This document shows positions 24,169-32,456 of a stretch of DNA of 59,818 nucleotides, in pieces. The position numbers and the translations under genes were made by a program. How positions within the stretch are numbered: the stretch's first letter is position 1; every line of letters begins with the position of its first letter. The stretch is from Methanobacteriota archaeon. Its GTDB lineage: Archaea > Halobacteriota > Syntropharchaeia > Alkanophagales > Methanospirareceae. The stretch lies in NCBI GenBank assembly GCA_034660015.1, contig JAYEII010000142.1, positions 1-59,818 on the forward strand. The letters are read 5' to 3'. Below the pieces are notes generated by a model. That model was not told the DNA's origin and ran no database searches. It saw nothing but the letters and a program-made list of their open reading frames with translations.

Positions 24169-26256
24169 ATGACAAAAGTAAGAATTTTAATCGTGGAAGA
24201 CGAAGCCATCGTAGCCGAAGACCTGGCGATGGCGATTACCGATATTGGTTACGAAGTGGTGGGGCGTGCTGGCAGCGCAGAGGAAGCCGTAAAAAAGGCT
24301 GTTGAACTCAAGCCGGATTTGATATTGATGGATATTGTTCTTAGAGGGCGAGAAAACGGCATAGGCACTTCTCATGAGATAAAAGAGAAGATGGATATTC
24401 CCATTATATTTCTTACCGCATTTTCGGATAGAGAGTTATTAGATAGAGCCAAAAGCGTCGAGCCGTATGCTTACATTGTTAAACCGTTCCAGGAGCGGCA
24501 GCTTTTCGCATCCATAGAAATGGCTCTTCACAAAAACAGGATGGAGAAGAAATTAAAAGAGAGTGAGAAATTTAGTTCCAGCCTGCTGAGCAATTCGCCC
24601 AATCCCATAATAGTTGTCAATCCAGATACTTCAGTAAGATATGTGAATCCTGCTATGGAAAAGCTAACCGACTTTTCTGCTGCCGAGCTCGTTGGCAAAA
24701 AAGCGCCATATCCCTGGTGGACGGAAGAAACGCTGCCGCAGACCAGTAAGGACCTGAAAGAAGCTATGCAGAAGGGGGTGACGCAACTTGAGGAGCTTTT
24801 TCAGAAGAAGAACGGGGAGCGTTTCTGGGCTGAGATAACTTCTACACCCGTGAAAAGCAATGGCGAGTTCAAGTATTACCTGTCAAACTGGGTTGACATC
24901 ACCGAGCGCAAGCGTGCGGAGGCGAAGATAAGGAAATTAAGTTCCGCGGTTGAGCAGGCGATTGACGGTATAGCGATGTATGACTTAGAACAAAAACTGA
25001 GCTATGTGAACGATGCTTTTGCACTGATGCACGGTTATTCACCGGAAGAGATGATAGGAATGAAAGTAGAGAATCTACATGATGAGGAACGGATGAATGA
25101 ATACAGGAGTGGTATGAACCAGATAATGACACAGGGTTCATGGGCAGGAGAAACATGGCATCTCAAAAAAGACGGCACACTTTTTCCCGCATTCATGAGC
25201 GTTAGTTTATTGAAAGGCGATGATGGAAACCACCCGGGGATCCTGGCAGTTGCAAGAGACATCACCAAGCAGAAGCGAGCGGAGGTGAGACTGCAGGAAA
25301 GAGAAGCACAATATCGCGGCATCTTTAATTCTGCTACCGATTCATTACTTATCTTCGATTATTACGGTAATATTGAAGAGGTAAATCCTCAAGCATGTGA
25401 AATGTATGGTTATCTTTATGAGGAGTTGATAACACTATCGGGCAAGGATATCGTTCATCCCGATTATTATCATATTTTTGAACAATTCAAACGAGACGTT
25501 CAGACCACCGGTGAATTTCACGCGGAATCGGTAGACGTCCGTAAGGATGGCACTCCATTTAATATCGAACTCGGAGGAGCGGGATTTAATTATAAGGGGG
25601 AACCACATTTGTTGGCTATCGTAAGAGACATCACCGAGCGGAAGAAGGCGGAGGAAGAAGTAAAGAGATCCCATGAGTTCCTTGCGACTATCATTGATAA
25701 CATTCCTGATATAGTCACCATTAAGGACCTGCAGTACCGCCTCGTATTGGTCAATCAGGCATATTGTAACATAACAGGGCATACGAAGGAGGAAGTAATT
25801 GGGAAAAAAGCCTACTGGGAAAAAGATAAGGAAATATTTCAAACAGGGAAAGGGTTGGACCTCCCTGAACAGTCTTATACTGACCTTGAAAGTATGTGCC
25901 ATTATATATCTGTTAAAAAAGCGCCATTAACAGACGAATCAGGAAAACCAACTCATGTTCTGACAATAAGTCGTGACTTCACCAAGCGTAAGCATGCGGA
26001 GGAGAAGGCGAAAGAGGCTTATAGACTAAGAGAACACTTTCTAAAAGAAACGTCACATAGAATTATCACCCCGGTGACTATCATCGGAGGAAACGCAGAA
26101 TTACTGCTTGATTCCCGCAATCTCGGCGAAGCCCAAAAAGCGAGAATCAGGACTATACGAGAGAAGAACGATGAAGTCCAGAAACTGGTGATGGACGCGC
26201 TGGCGGGAAGGTATTTAAAGGAAGAGGAAGGTGAGGAACAAGAAGATAAATTATAG
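24169..26256 (+). CDS. REC-PAS(x4)-DHp protein: receiver plus PAS sensor with a HisKA-like phosphoacceptor region but no ATPase domain
   Basis: REC (ILIVEDE...LMDIVL...KPF), four PAS modules with DITERK linkers, and H-box LKETSHRIITPVTIIGGNAELL. The ORF stops at the TAG of the next repeat element. Confidence 0.8.
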   Translation: MTKVRILIVEDEAIVAEDLAMAITDIGYEVVGRAGSAEEAVKKAVELKPDLILMDIVLRGRENGIGTSHEIKEKMDIPIIFLTAFSDRELLDRAKSVEPYAYIVKPFQERQLFASIEMALHKNRMEKKLKESEKFSSSLLSNSPNPIIVVNPDTSVRYVNPAMEKLTDFSAAELVGKKAPYPWWTEETLPQTSKDLKEAMQKGVTQLEELFQKKNGERFWAEITSTPVKSNGEFKYYLSNWVDITERKRAEAKIRKLSSAVEQAIDGIAMYDLEQKLSYVNDAFALMHGYSPEEMIGMKVENLHDEERMNEYRSGMNQIMTQGSWAGETWHLKKDGTLFPAFMSVSLLKGDDGNHPGILAVARDITKQKRAEVRLQEREAQYRGIFNSATDSLLIFDYYGNIEEVNPQACEMYGYLYEELITLSGKDIVHPDYYHIFEQFKRDVQTTGEFHAESVDVRKDGTPFNIELGGAGFNYKGEPHLLAIVRDITERKKAEEEVKRSHEFLATIIDNIPDIVTIKDLQYRLVLVNQAYCNITGHTKEEVIGKKAYWEKDKEIFQTGKGLDLPEQSYTDLESMCHYISVKKAPLTDESGKPTHVLTISRDFTKRKHAEEKAKEAYRLREHFLKETSHRIITPVTIIGGNAELLLDSRNLGEAQKARIRTIREKNDEVQKLVMDALAGRYLKEEEGEEQEDKL

Positions 26257-26397
26257 ACACGGATTAACGCAGATTAACACAAACCTTTCTTTCAAAAAGA
26301 AAGTTAACTTTACCAAAGAAATTTGTTTTTCTTTTAGCACAGGTTTTCTTTTTTTGAAAAAGAAAAAGTGTTGTGTAAATCAGTGTAAATCAGTGTC
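26256..26397 (+). repeat. B-type (long) hairpin element
   Basis: GACACGGATTAACGCAGATTAACACAAACCTTTCTTTCAAAAAGAAAG...AAAAAGTGTTGTGTAAATCAGTGTAAATCAGTGTC. Confidence 0.9.
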
Positions 26398-26434
26398 TTA
26401 AATAGAAGGAAGCTATACTGTATATACAATAAAA
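26397..26434 (+). promoter_or_regulatory. conserved element tail (CTTAAATAGAAGGAAGCTATACTGTATATACAATAAAA); candidate promoter
   Basis: ATG 26435 lies 38 nt after the first C, which predicts a leader of about 6 nt. Confidence 0.35.
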
Positions 26435-26827
26435 ATGGAATATACTATTTTGCTGGTGGATGATGAAGAGTCGCTTCACGAATTACTGCCTATTTTTCTG
26501 GCGAGGGACAAGAAGCACACGTTGTTCACGGTGCACTCTGCCATGAACGGAGAGGCAGGAGTTGAAATGTACGGCAAACTGGCAAGAGAAGGACATAAAC
26601 CGGATCTCGTGCTGATGGACCTCCGAATGCCAGTGATGAACGGTGTTGAGGCGACCATAAGGATAATTAAAAATGACCCAAAAGCGAATATTTACCTGTT
26701 CACCGCCTACACCGGAACAGAGGTAGAAATAGATGCACTCGAGGCTGGCGCAAAAGGGACAATAAGCAAAATCGCTGATTGGAATAAGACGGTGGAAATA
26801 ATTATAAATATTCTGGAATCTCGATAA
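26435..26827 (+). CDS. single-domain response regulator (CheY-like receiver)
   Basis: LLVDDEE...VLMDLRMPVMNG...FTAY...K. Confidence 0.85.
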   Translation: MEYTILLVDDEESLHELLPIFLARDKKHTLFTVHSAMNGEAGVEMYGKLAREGHKPDLVLMDLRMPVMNGVEATIRIIKNDPKANIYLFTAYTGTEVEIDALEAGAKGTISKIADWNKTVEIIINILESR

Positions 26828-26831
26828 TATA

Positions 26832-26954
26832 GACACAGATTAACACAGATGATAAAAATCAACAATGTTGAGCGTAAATTATAGTTATTCCAGTAATCTT
26901 GTGGTTATTTTTCGGAAAAACGATAATCCGCGTAAATCCGTGTTAATCTGTGTC
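26832..26954 (+). repeat. A-type hairpin element with an extended loop
   Basis: GACACAGATTAACACAGATGATAAAAATCAACAATG...CCAGTAATCTTGTGGTTA...AATCCGCGTAAATCCGTGTTAATCTGTGTC. Confidence 0.85.
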
Positions 26955-26968
26955 TTAAAAAAAAAGAG

Positions 26969-27364
26969 CTAAAGGCATCGGGTTAGGGCTTTTTCTATTG
27001 CATCCATGAGTCTTTTAATGGTAAACGGTTTTTCGATAAAATCTACAACCTGTTGTGAAGCAACCAAACCTTCTTCCTCCGCCTCAGGCAGATGAACTGC
27101 GGTAAGGAAAATAATTTTTACACTCGATAATCTACTGTCTTTTTCTATTGCCCTTAGTATTTCCTTAGTTGTCACTCCAGGCATCATTATATCAAGCAGA
27201 ATGACATCAGGAATTTCGTCGTGTTTTAATTTGTTCAAGCACTCTTGCCCATCTTTTGATTTAATTGTTTTAAAATTGTTCGCAACTAAAATTTGCGCGA
27301 GCTTGTTCAACACATCTGGTTCATCATCTACAACCATAACGGTTTTAGTTTCAGTATTAGTCAT
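26969..27364 (-). CDS. single-domain response regulator (CheY-like receiver)
   Basis: VMVVDDEPD...ILLDIMMPG...FLTA...KPF. Confidence 0.85.
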   Translation of the reverse strand: MTNTETKTVMVVDDEPDVLNKLAQILVANNFKTIKSKDGQECLNKLKHDEIPDVILLDIMMPGVTTKEILRAIEKDSRLSSVKIIFLTAVHLPEAEEEGLVASQQVVDFIEKPFTIKRLMDAIEKALTRCL

Positions 27365-27369
27365 TGTTT

Positions 27370-27442
27370 AACCACCAGATTACACAGATTTACACGGATT
27401 TATTTATTTTATCATCTGTGTTAATCTGCGTTAATCTGTGTC
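27370..27442 (-). repeat. A-type hairpin element in minus orientation, immediately upstream of the minus-strand receiver gene
   Basis: The minus strand reads GACACAGATTAACGCAGATTAACACAGATGATAAAATAAATAAATCCGTGTAAATCTGTGTAATCTGGTGGTT, then AAACA, then the ATG. Confidence 0.9.
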
Positions 27443-27468
27443 TATAAAATTTAATTGTTTTTTTTTAA

Positions 27469-27540
27469 GACACTGATTTACACAGATGTACACGGATTTA
27501 TTTATTTTATCATCTGTGTTAATCTGCGTTAATCTGTGTC
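27469..27540 (-). repeat. A-type hairpin element in minus orientation (second tandem copy; a partial third copy lies at 27565-27584)
   Basis: The minus strand reads GACACAGATTAACGCAGATTAACACAGATGATAAAATAAATAAATCCGTGTACATCTGTGTAAATCAGTGTC. Confidence 0.9.
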
Positions 27541-27710
27541 TATAAAATTTAATTGTTTTTTTAAGACACTGATTTACACAGATTTTTTCTTTTCTTTGTT
27601 TGCTTAGGGTACTTTTAACGGTATGCTTTCTGAAGTAGGTTAAGTATAATTAACATAAAATCTATTATAGGTTAAATACAAATTTAAATTTAAATATACA
27701 AAACTAAAAC

Positions 27711-28991
27711 ATGGCAAAAATTAAGGATGTGTTGCGGGATTTAAATCCCTGGTGGAAGGGAGAATTTGGGATAGAATATAAGCAGCGAGAAATTTACGAA
27801 CAAATAAAAAAATTCATGCCGTTGCCGCAGATAATTGCACTTACGGGTTTAAGAAGAGTTGGAAAAACGACTTTAATGCGGAAAATCATAGAAGACGCGA
27901 TAGAAAATGGCTTCGATCCGCGGAATATAATTTACTTCTCCTTTGACGAATTCCGCGAAGCAGAAATAAGAGAGGTTATGAGGGGATATGAGGAACTAAT
28001 GGAAAAGGACTTCCGTGGACGACGAGGAAAATATCTGCTCTTGCTCGATGAGATACAAAAGCTAAGCAATTGGGAAAATCAATTAAAGAGCATATATGAC
28101 CTATTCGGGAAAAAAGTTAAGATAATAATATCGGGTTCAGAATCGTTATTTATAAGAAAAAAGACAAAAGAAACGCTTGCCGGGAGAATATTTGAGTTCA
28201 AAGTCGAGCTGCTCTCATTCGGCGAATTCCTTCGGTTCAAAGAAGTTGATTTCGAGCCCATCGGCATTTATGAGCGGGAATTAGCCAAGTTGTTCGGCGA
28301 ATTCACCTTGACCGTCGGCTTTCCTGAATTGGTAAACATCAAAGAGAAAGACGTGGTGAAGAAATATGTAAAAGAAAGCATAGTAGAAAAGGTTGTTTAC
28401 AGGGACATACCGGGATTGTTTAAGATTAGAGACATATCAGTAATAGAATCACTACTTAACGTAATTATGGAAGAGCCGGGGCAACTCATAGAAGTTTCAG
28501 AATTGTCAAAGGAGTTGAAAATGTCAAGACAAACGATTTCAAATTACCTGTCGTATCTCGAGGAATCGTTTCTCATTAAAAAAATGTACAACTATTCAAG
28601 AAGTAGGAGGAAGACGGAAAGGAAACTAAAAAAATATTATCCCGCGATAATCTCTACCGAGCTCCTGTTCAGAGAAGATGAGCATTCTAAATCGCGCGTA
28701 TTTGAGTGGTTGGTAGTAAATCAACTTAACGCGGAATTCTTCTGGCGCGACCCGTACAAGAATGAAGTTGACGTAGTGATGACAAACGGAGAACCAGTGC
28801 CAATCGAGGTAAAATATGGGAAAACCGATACGAAAGGATTGCTTGCGTTTATGAACAGGTTCAAAGTAGAGCAGGGTTACGTAATTTCGCGGGATAAGGA
28901 GGAGACGCAAAAAAGTGGTGGAAAACGTATTTCGATAGTTCCGGCATTTAAGTTTTTCCTCGTTAATTTAATTGTTTTTTTAAGACACTGA
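27711..28991 (+). CDS. AAA+ ATPase with a DUF4143-type C-terminal domain
   Basis: Walker A GLRRVGKTT, Walker B LLLLDEIQ, GSESL and a C-terminal EVDVVM...IEVKYG. The last codons overlap repeat-derived sequence. Confidence 0.85.
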   Translation: MAKIKDVLRDLNPWWKGEFGIEYKQREIYEQIKKFMPLPQIIALTGLRRVGKTTLMRKIIEDAIENGFDPRNIIYFSFDEFREAEIREVMRGYEELMEKDFRGRRGKYLLLLDEIQKLSNWENQLKSIYDLFGKKVKIIISGSESLFIRKKTKETLAGRIFEFKVELLSFGEFLRFKEVDFEPIGIYERELAKLFGEFTLTVGFPELVNIKEKDVVKKYVKESIVEKVVYRDIPGLFKIRDISVIESLLNVIMEEPGQLIEVSELSKELKMSRQTISNYLSYLEESFLIKKMYNYSRSRRKTERKLKKYYPAIISTELLFREDEHSKSRVFEWLVVNQLNAEFFWRDPYKNEVDVVMTNGEPVPIEVKYGKTDTKGLLAFMNRFKVEQGYVISRDKEETQKSGGKRISIVPAFKFFLVNLIVFLRH

Positions 28992-29013
28992 TTTACACAG
29001 ATTTACACGGATT
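28984..29013 (-). repeat. isolated A-type right arm (minus orientation) with the adjoining CCGTTAGCCCAGTCCAACAAAAAAG module
   Basis: The minus strand reads AAATCCGTGTAAATCTGTGTAAATCAGTGTC. The neighbouring module is repeated at 37445-37480. Confidence 0.7.
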
Positions 29014-29053
29014 TTTTTCTTTTTTGTTGGACTGGGCTAACGGTCTCGCGGTT

Positions 29054-30505
29054 CTAAGGTTTTACGACAGCGACTAATTGAAGGGGTCCTTTTTTGCCTA
29101 TTACTAAAGAAGCTGATAGCCGAATATTGAATTCTGAACCGTCTTTTCTCACACCCGTCAATTCTCCTTCCCAGCTCCCCTTTCCCTGCACCATACGTAG
29201 AATATCTTTTCCTCTTTGTTCCCAGAATGCTGTGCAGGAGCGTCCTAACACTTCCTTTTCACTATTATAGCCCCAAAGGTTCAAGAATGCCGGGTTCACA
29301 TACGTTAAGTTACCTCTATTGTCAGCCATAAAAATTGGGTCAATAGAAATTTCGATAGCATTAGCTTTGAGTCTTAACTCTTCTTCGAGCTTAATTTTTG
29401 CAATACCACCGGCAATCTCTTCTGATACACCATCAAGTAAACTCCTCTCTTCTTTTGATAGCACTCTACCCGCCATAAGAATTAATAGTGCACCGTGAAG
29501 CTCTCCTTTTGTCTTTAGAGGAATCGTATATATTTCCTGAAGATTGTATACGTCAGCCAGGAAAAAAGCATGGCTATCGCGGACAAGCTCATTCTTATTC
29601 TTAAACGTAAAATCGAAAAGAAGGGGTTTTTTAGAAAGAATTGCCGTGGTCGCAACGCCTTTTTTCCATTCTTCCACTTCTTGACGGCGATTTTTTTCCC
29701 CGCTGAACTCATCTCCCAAGTTTAAAGGATAACCTATCTGTGCAGTGGCATAAAGCACATTATTTTCGGGATTGTAAATCAATATATCACCCATATCATA
29801 GTCAATTATATCACGCAGGTTTTCGAGAACGCTTGAACATAGTTGGTCAATTGTATATGACCTGTTAACTGACTCGCCAAGCAACCGGTGCAGTTCAGAA
29901 AGATTTTTAATAGTCTCTTCTCTTCTAACTTTTTCAGAAACGTCGCTAACGAGTGCAATAATAGAGAAAGAGCGGTCGGGATTTTCCACTTTTCTTGCTT
30001 TGATATTCAATATTCTTCCTTCTTTATCGTTTGCCTGCGTCTCAACTTCTTCCGTCCCGGCTTCAATAATCGCATCTATTTCGCTCTTATTTTGATCCTT
30101 TTGAATGCCAAAGATAGCGTGATAATATTTCTGTCCGATATGGGGCCCATAAAGAGCAATCAAATAGTTATTCATGAACAGGATATTGGAATCAAAATCA
30201 AGAACAAGGACACCACCAGGCATATCAGCTAAAATGCGTGAGAAAATGCGCTCGGTATATGTTTTTTCGGCTTCGCTCAATCGGGAGAGGGGTTGCAAGG
30301 GCGCTCTGCTCACGAACCATACCTTTGCTCTTCCTATTTGTTTGTATGAGATGCGTCCATCTGCTCTCAAGCGGTTCAAGTATTTAGATAACGTATGCCT
30401 TTCTAAAGGCACGAGTTTCGAGAGTTCGTCAATAGTAGCTCCCGTTTCACCTATGTTCTGTATAGCGCCGATGATTTTATTGTATGTTGCTTCTTCTGCT
30501 TCCAT
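29054..30505 (-). CDS. wHTH-PAS-GAF-PAS putative transcriptional regulator/sensor
   Basis: N-terminal winged helix (ATIDELSKLVPLERHTLSKYLNRLRADGRISYKQIGRAKVW), followed by PAS-like, GAF-like and C-terminal PAS regions. Confidence 0.7.
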   Translation of the reverse strand: MEAEEATYNKIIGAIQNIGETGATIDELSKLVPLERHTLSKYLNRLRADGRISYKQIGRAKVWFVSRAPLQPLSRLSEAEKTYTERIFSRILADMPGGVLVLDFDSNILFMNNYLIALYGPHIGQKYYHAIFGIQKDQNKSEIDAIIEAGTEEVETQANDKEGRILNIKARKVENPDRSFSIIALVSDVSEKVRREETIKNLSELHRLLGESVNRSYTIDQLCSSVLENLRDIIDYDMGDILIYNPENNVLYATAQIGYPLNLGDEFSGEKNRRQEVEEWKKGVATTAILSKKPLLFDFTFKNKNELVRDSHAFFLADVYNLQEIYTIPLKTKGELHGALLILMAGRVLSKEERSLLDGVSEEIAGGIAKIKLEEELRLKANAIEISIDPIFMADNRGNLTYVNPAFLNLWGYNSEKEVLGRSCTAFWEQRGKDILRMVQGKGSWEGELTGVRKDGSEFNIRLSASLVIGKKGPLQLVAVVKP

Positions 30506-30558
30506 TTTAATAGTATGAATAAAAATGAGAGAAGGGGATATAAAAAAACTATATCATA

Positions 30559-30736
30559 GACACTGATTAACGCAGATTAACACAAACCTTTCTTTAAACC
30601 TTTTAAGAAAAGGTTTATCAAAAACGCTTCGCGAAAAGAAAGTTAACTTTACCAAAGAAATTTGTTTTTCTTTTAGCACAGGTTTTCTTTTTTTGAAAAA
30701 GAAAAAGTGTTGCGTAAATCAGTGTAAATCTGTGTC
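30559..30736 (+). repeat. B-type (long) hairpin element with an extra inserted hairpin
   Basis: GACACTGATTAACGCAGATTAACACAAACCTTTCTTTAAACCTTTTAAGAAAAGGTTT...AAAAAGTGTTGCGTAAATCAGTGTAAATCTGTGTC. Confidence 0.85.
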
Positions 30737-30797
30737 TTGTTCACTAAATAAAAATTAATGAATTTATTTAGTTAAGTAAATAAAGAGAGAGAGAAAT

Positions 30798-32120
30798 ATG
30801 GAGAAAAAAGAATTGCTAGAGATTTTGCACGACTGGAATTTTTGGAAAAAAGAATTAGATACCGGCAAAGAAAGGAGAGCATACCTTGAGAAATGTTTGA
30901 GTTTTCTCGAAACAAATGTCGTTGCTGCGATTATTGGCGTCAGGAGAGCAGGTAAATCATATCTTATGAGACAGGCAATAAAAAAATTGATTGAAAAAGG
31001 AGTGAAAAGGGAAAACATATTGATGGTGAATTTTGAAGATGGAAGATTTGCAGAGTTATATCCAAAATTGCTCGATGAGATTTATGAAACTTATCTTGAA
31101 TTTTTAAACCCAGAAGAAAAACCATTTATTTTCCTTGATGAGATTCATAATGTACCAAAATGGGAAAGAGGGGTAAGAACAATGCAGGAGCTAGGAAAAG
31201 CAAAAATAATTGTTTCTGGCTCTTCTTCTAAACTTCTTGCGGGTGAACTGGCAACCGTCTTAACAGGAAGGCATCTTGATGTTTTTGTTTTCCCTCTCAG
31301 CTTTGAAGAATTTCTTTATTTTAAAGGTCTGGAGATAAAAGATGAGCTTGATTTAATAGCAAGGAGAATAGAAATAAGGAGGGCTTTTAATGAATATTTT
31401 GAATTTGGTGGCTTCCCGGAAGTTATCCTGAGTGAGGAGAAAAAACAATTACTCCTAACCTATTTTGATGATATACTTACGAAAGACATAGAGAAGAGAT
31501 ATAGGTTAAAGAAAGGCGAAAAATTAAGGGCTTTGGCACGATTTTATTTGACAAATATCTCCTTTCCCATCACTTTTAATTCATTAAAAAAGTCGCTGGA
31601 TACAACCACGAATACGATAGAAAAATACTCTTCATATCTGGAAGAAGCAGGCATGATTTTCTTTGTAAAACGCTTTTCTTTTAAAGTCAAAGAGCAGGAG
31701 AAGGCGGCAAGAAAAATTTACGCAATTGACGTTGGTTTGGCTAATGCCATCGGATTCAGGTTCAGTTCAAATCTTGGCAGAGTTGCGGAAAACATTGTGG
31801 CTATTGAATTAATGAAGAAGAGCAAATTGAACCCAAACATGGAAGTTTATTACTGGCGAGACCCTACGGGAAAGGAAGTTGATTTTATTATCAAGGAAGG
31901 ATTAAAAGTAAAACAATTAATACAAGTTTGTTGGGATATTGGAGACATGGGTACCAAAAAGAGAGAATTAAAGAGCTTGCAGAAAGCGATGGAGGAGTTC
32001 AAGTTAAAGCAGGGGTTTGTAATAACAGAAGATTATGAAGGAGAAGAGAGGTTGGATGACAAGACCATCAAGTTCATGCCCCTATCCAGGTGGCTATTGT
32101 TTGTGATTTGGTTCTTATGA
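30798..32120 (+). CDS. AAA+ ATPase with a DUF4143-type C-terminal domain
   Basis: Walker A GVRRAGKSY, Walker B FIFLDEIH, GSSSKLL and a C-terminal EVDFII...QVCW. Confidence 0.85.
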   Translation: MEKKELLEILHDWNFWKKELDTGKERRAYLEKCLSFLETNVVAAIIGVRRAGKSYLMRQAIKKLIEKGVKRENILMVNFEDGRFAELYPKLLDEIYETYLEFLNPEEKPFIFLDEIHNVPKWERGVRTMQELGKAKIIVSGSSSKLLAGELATVLTGRHLDVFVFPLSFEEFLYFKGLEIKDELDLIARRIEIRRAFNEYFEFGGFPEVILSEEKKQLLLTYFDDILTKDIEKRYRLKKGEKLRALARFYLTNISFPITFNSLKKSLDTTTNTIEKYSSYLEEAGMIFFVKRFSFKVKEQEKAARKIYAIDVGLANAIGFRFSSNLGRVAENIVAIELMKKSKLNPNMEVYYWRDPTGKEVDFIIKEGLKVKQLIQVCWDIGDMGTKKRELKSLQKAMEEFKLKQGFVITEDYEGEERLDDKTIKFMPLSRWLLFVIWFL

Positions 32121-32276
32121 AGTGATTTGTCACTCACCGCGGAGAGCGCCGAGTACGCAGAGTTTTAAGACTGTTTCAATCTATGCTTAGTTTTTTCTAT
32201 CGCAATTTCACTGAAAAATTCGACAGTGCCGTTGATTTTTATCATCTGTCCGTGTTAATCTGCGTTAATCTGTGTC
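32121..32276 (-). repeat. reversed mosaic: S- and T-type modules plus an A-type left arm, in minus orientation
   Basis: CACCGCGGAGAGCGCCGAGTACGCAGAGTTTTAAGAC...ATCATCTGTCCGTGTTAATCTGCGTTAATCTGTGTC. It is one of the few copies oriented against both flanking genes. Confidence 0.75.
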
Positions 32277-32456
32277 TATAATTTATTTCACTATATATGC
32301 AAATTATTTTAAAACACTTGTAATTTTTTTTGGTATAATAGGAAAATTTATATAGGGTCTATTTATAAACTCTTTTTACGGTTACCAAAAATGGTTACCA
32401 TAAAGGGAAACAATAAGTGAGGGAAAAACTAAAAAGGAGGTGTAGAGAAAAAAAAA

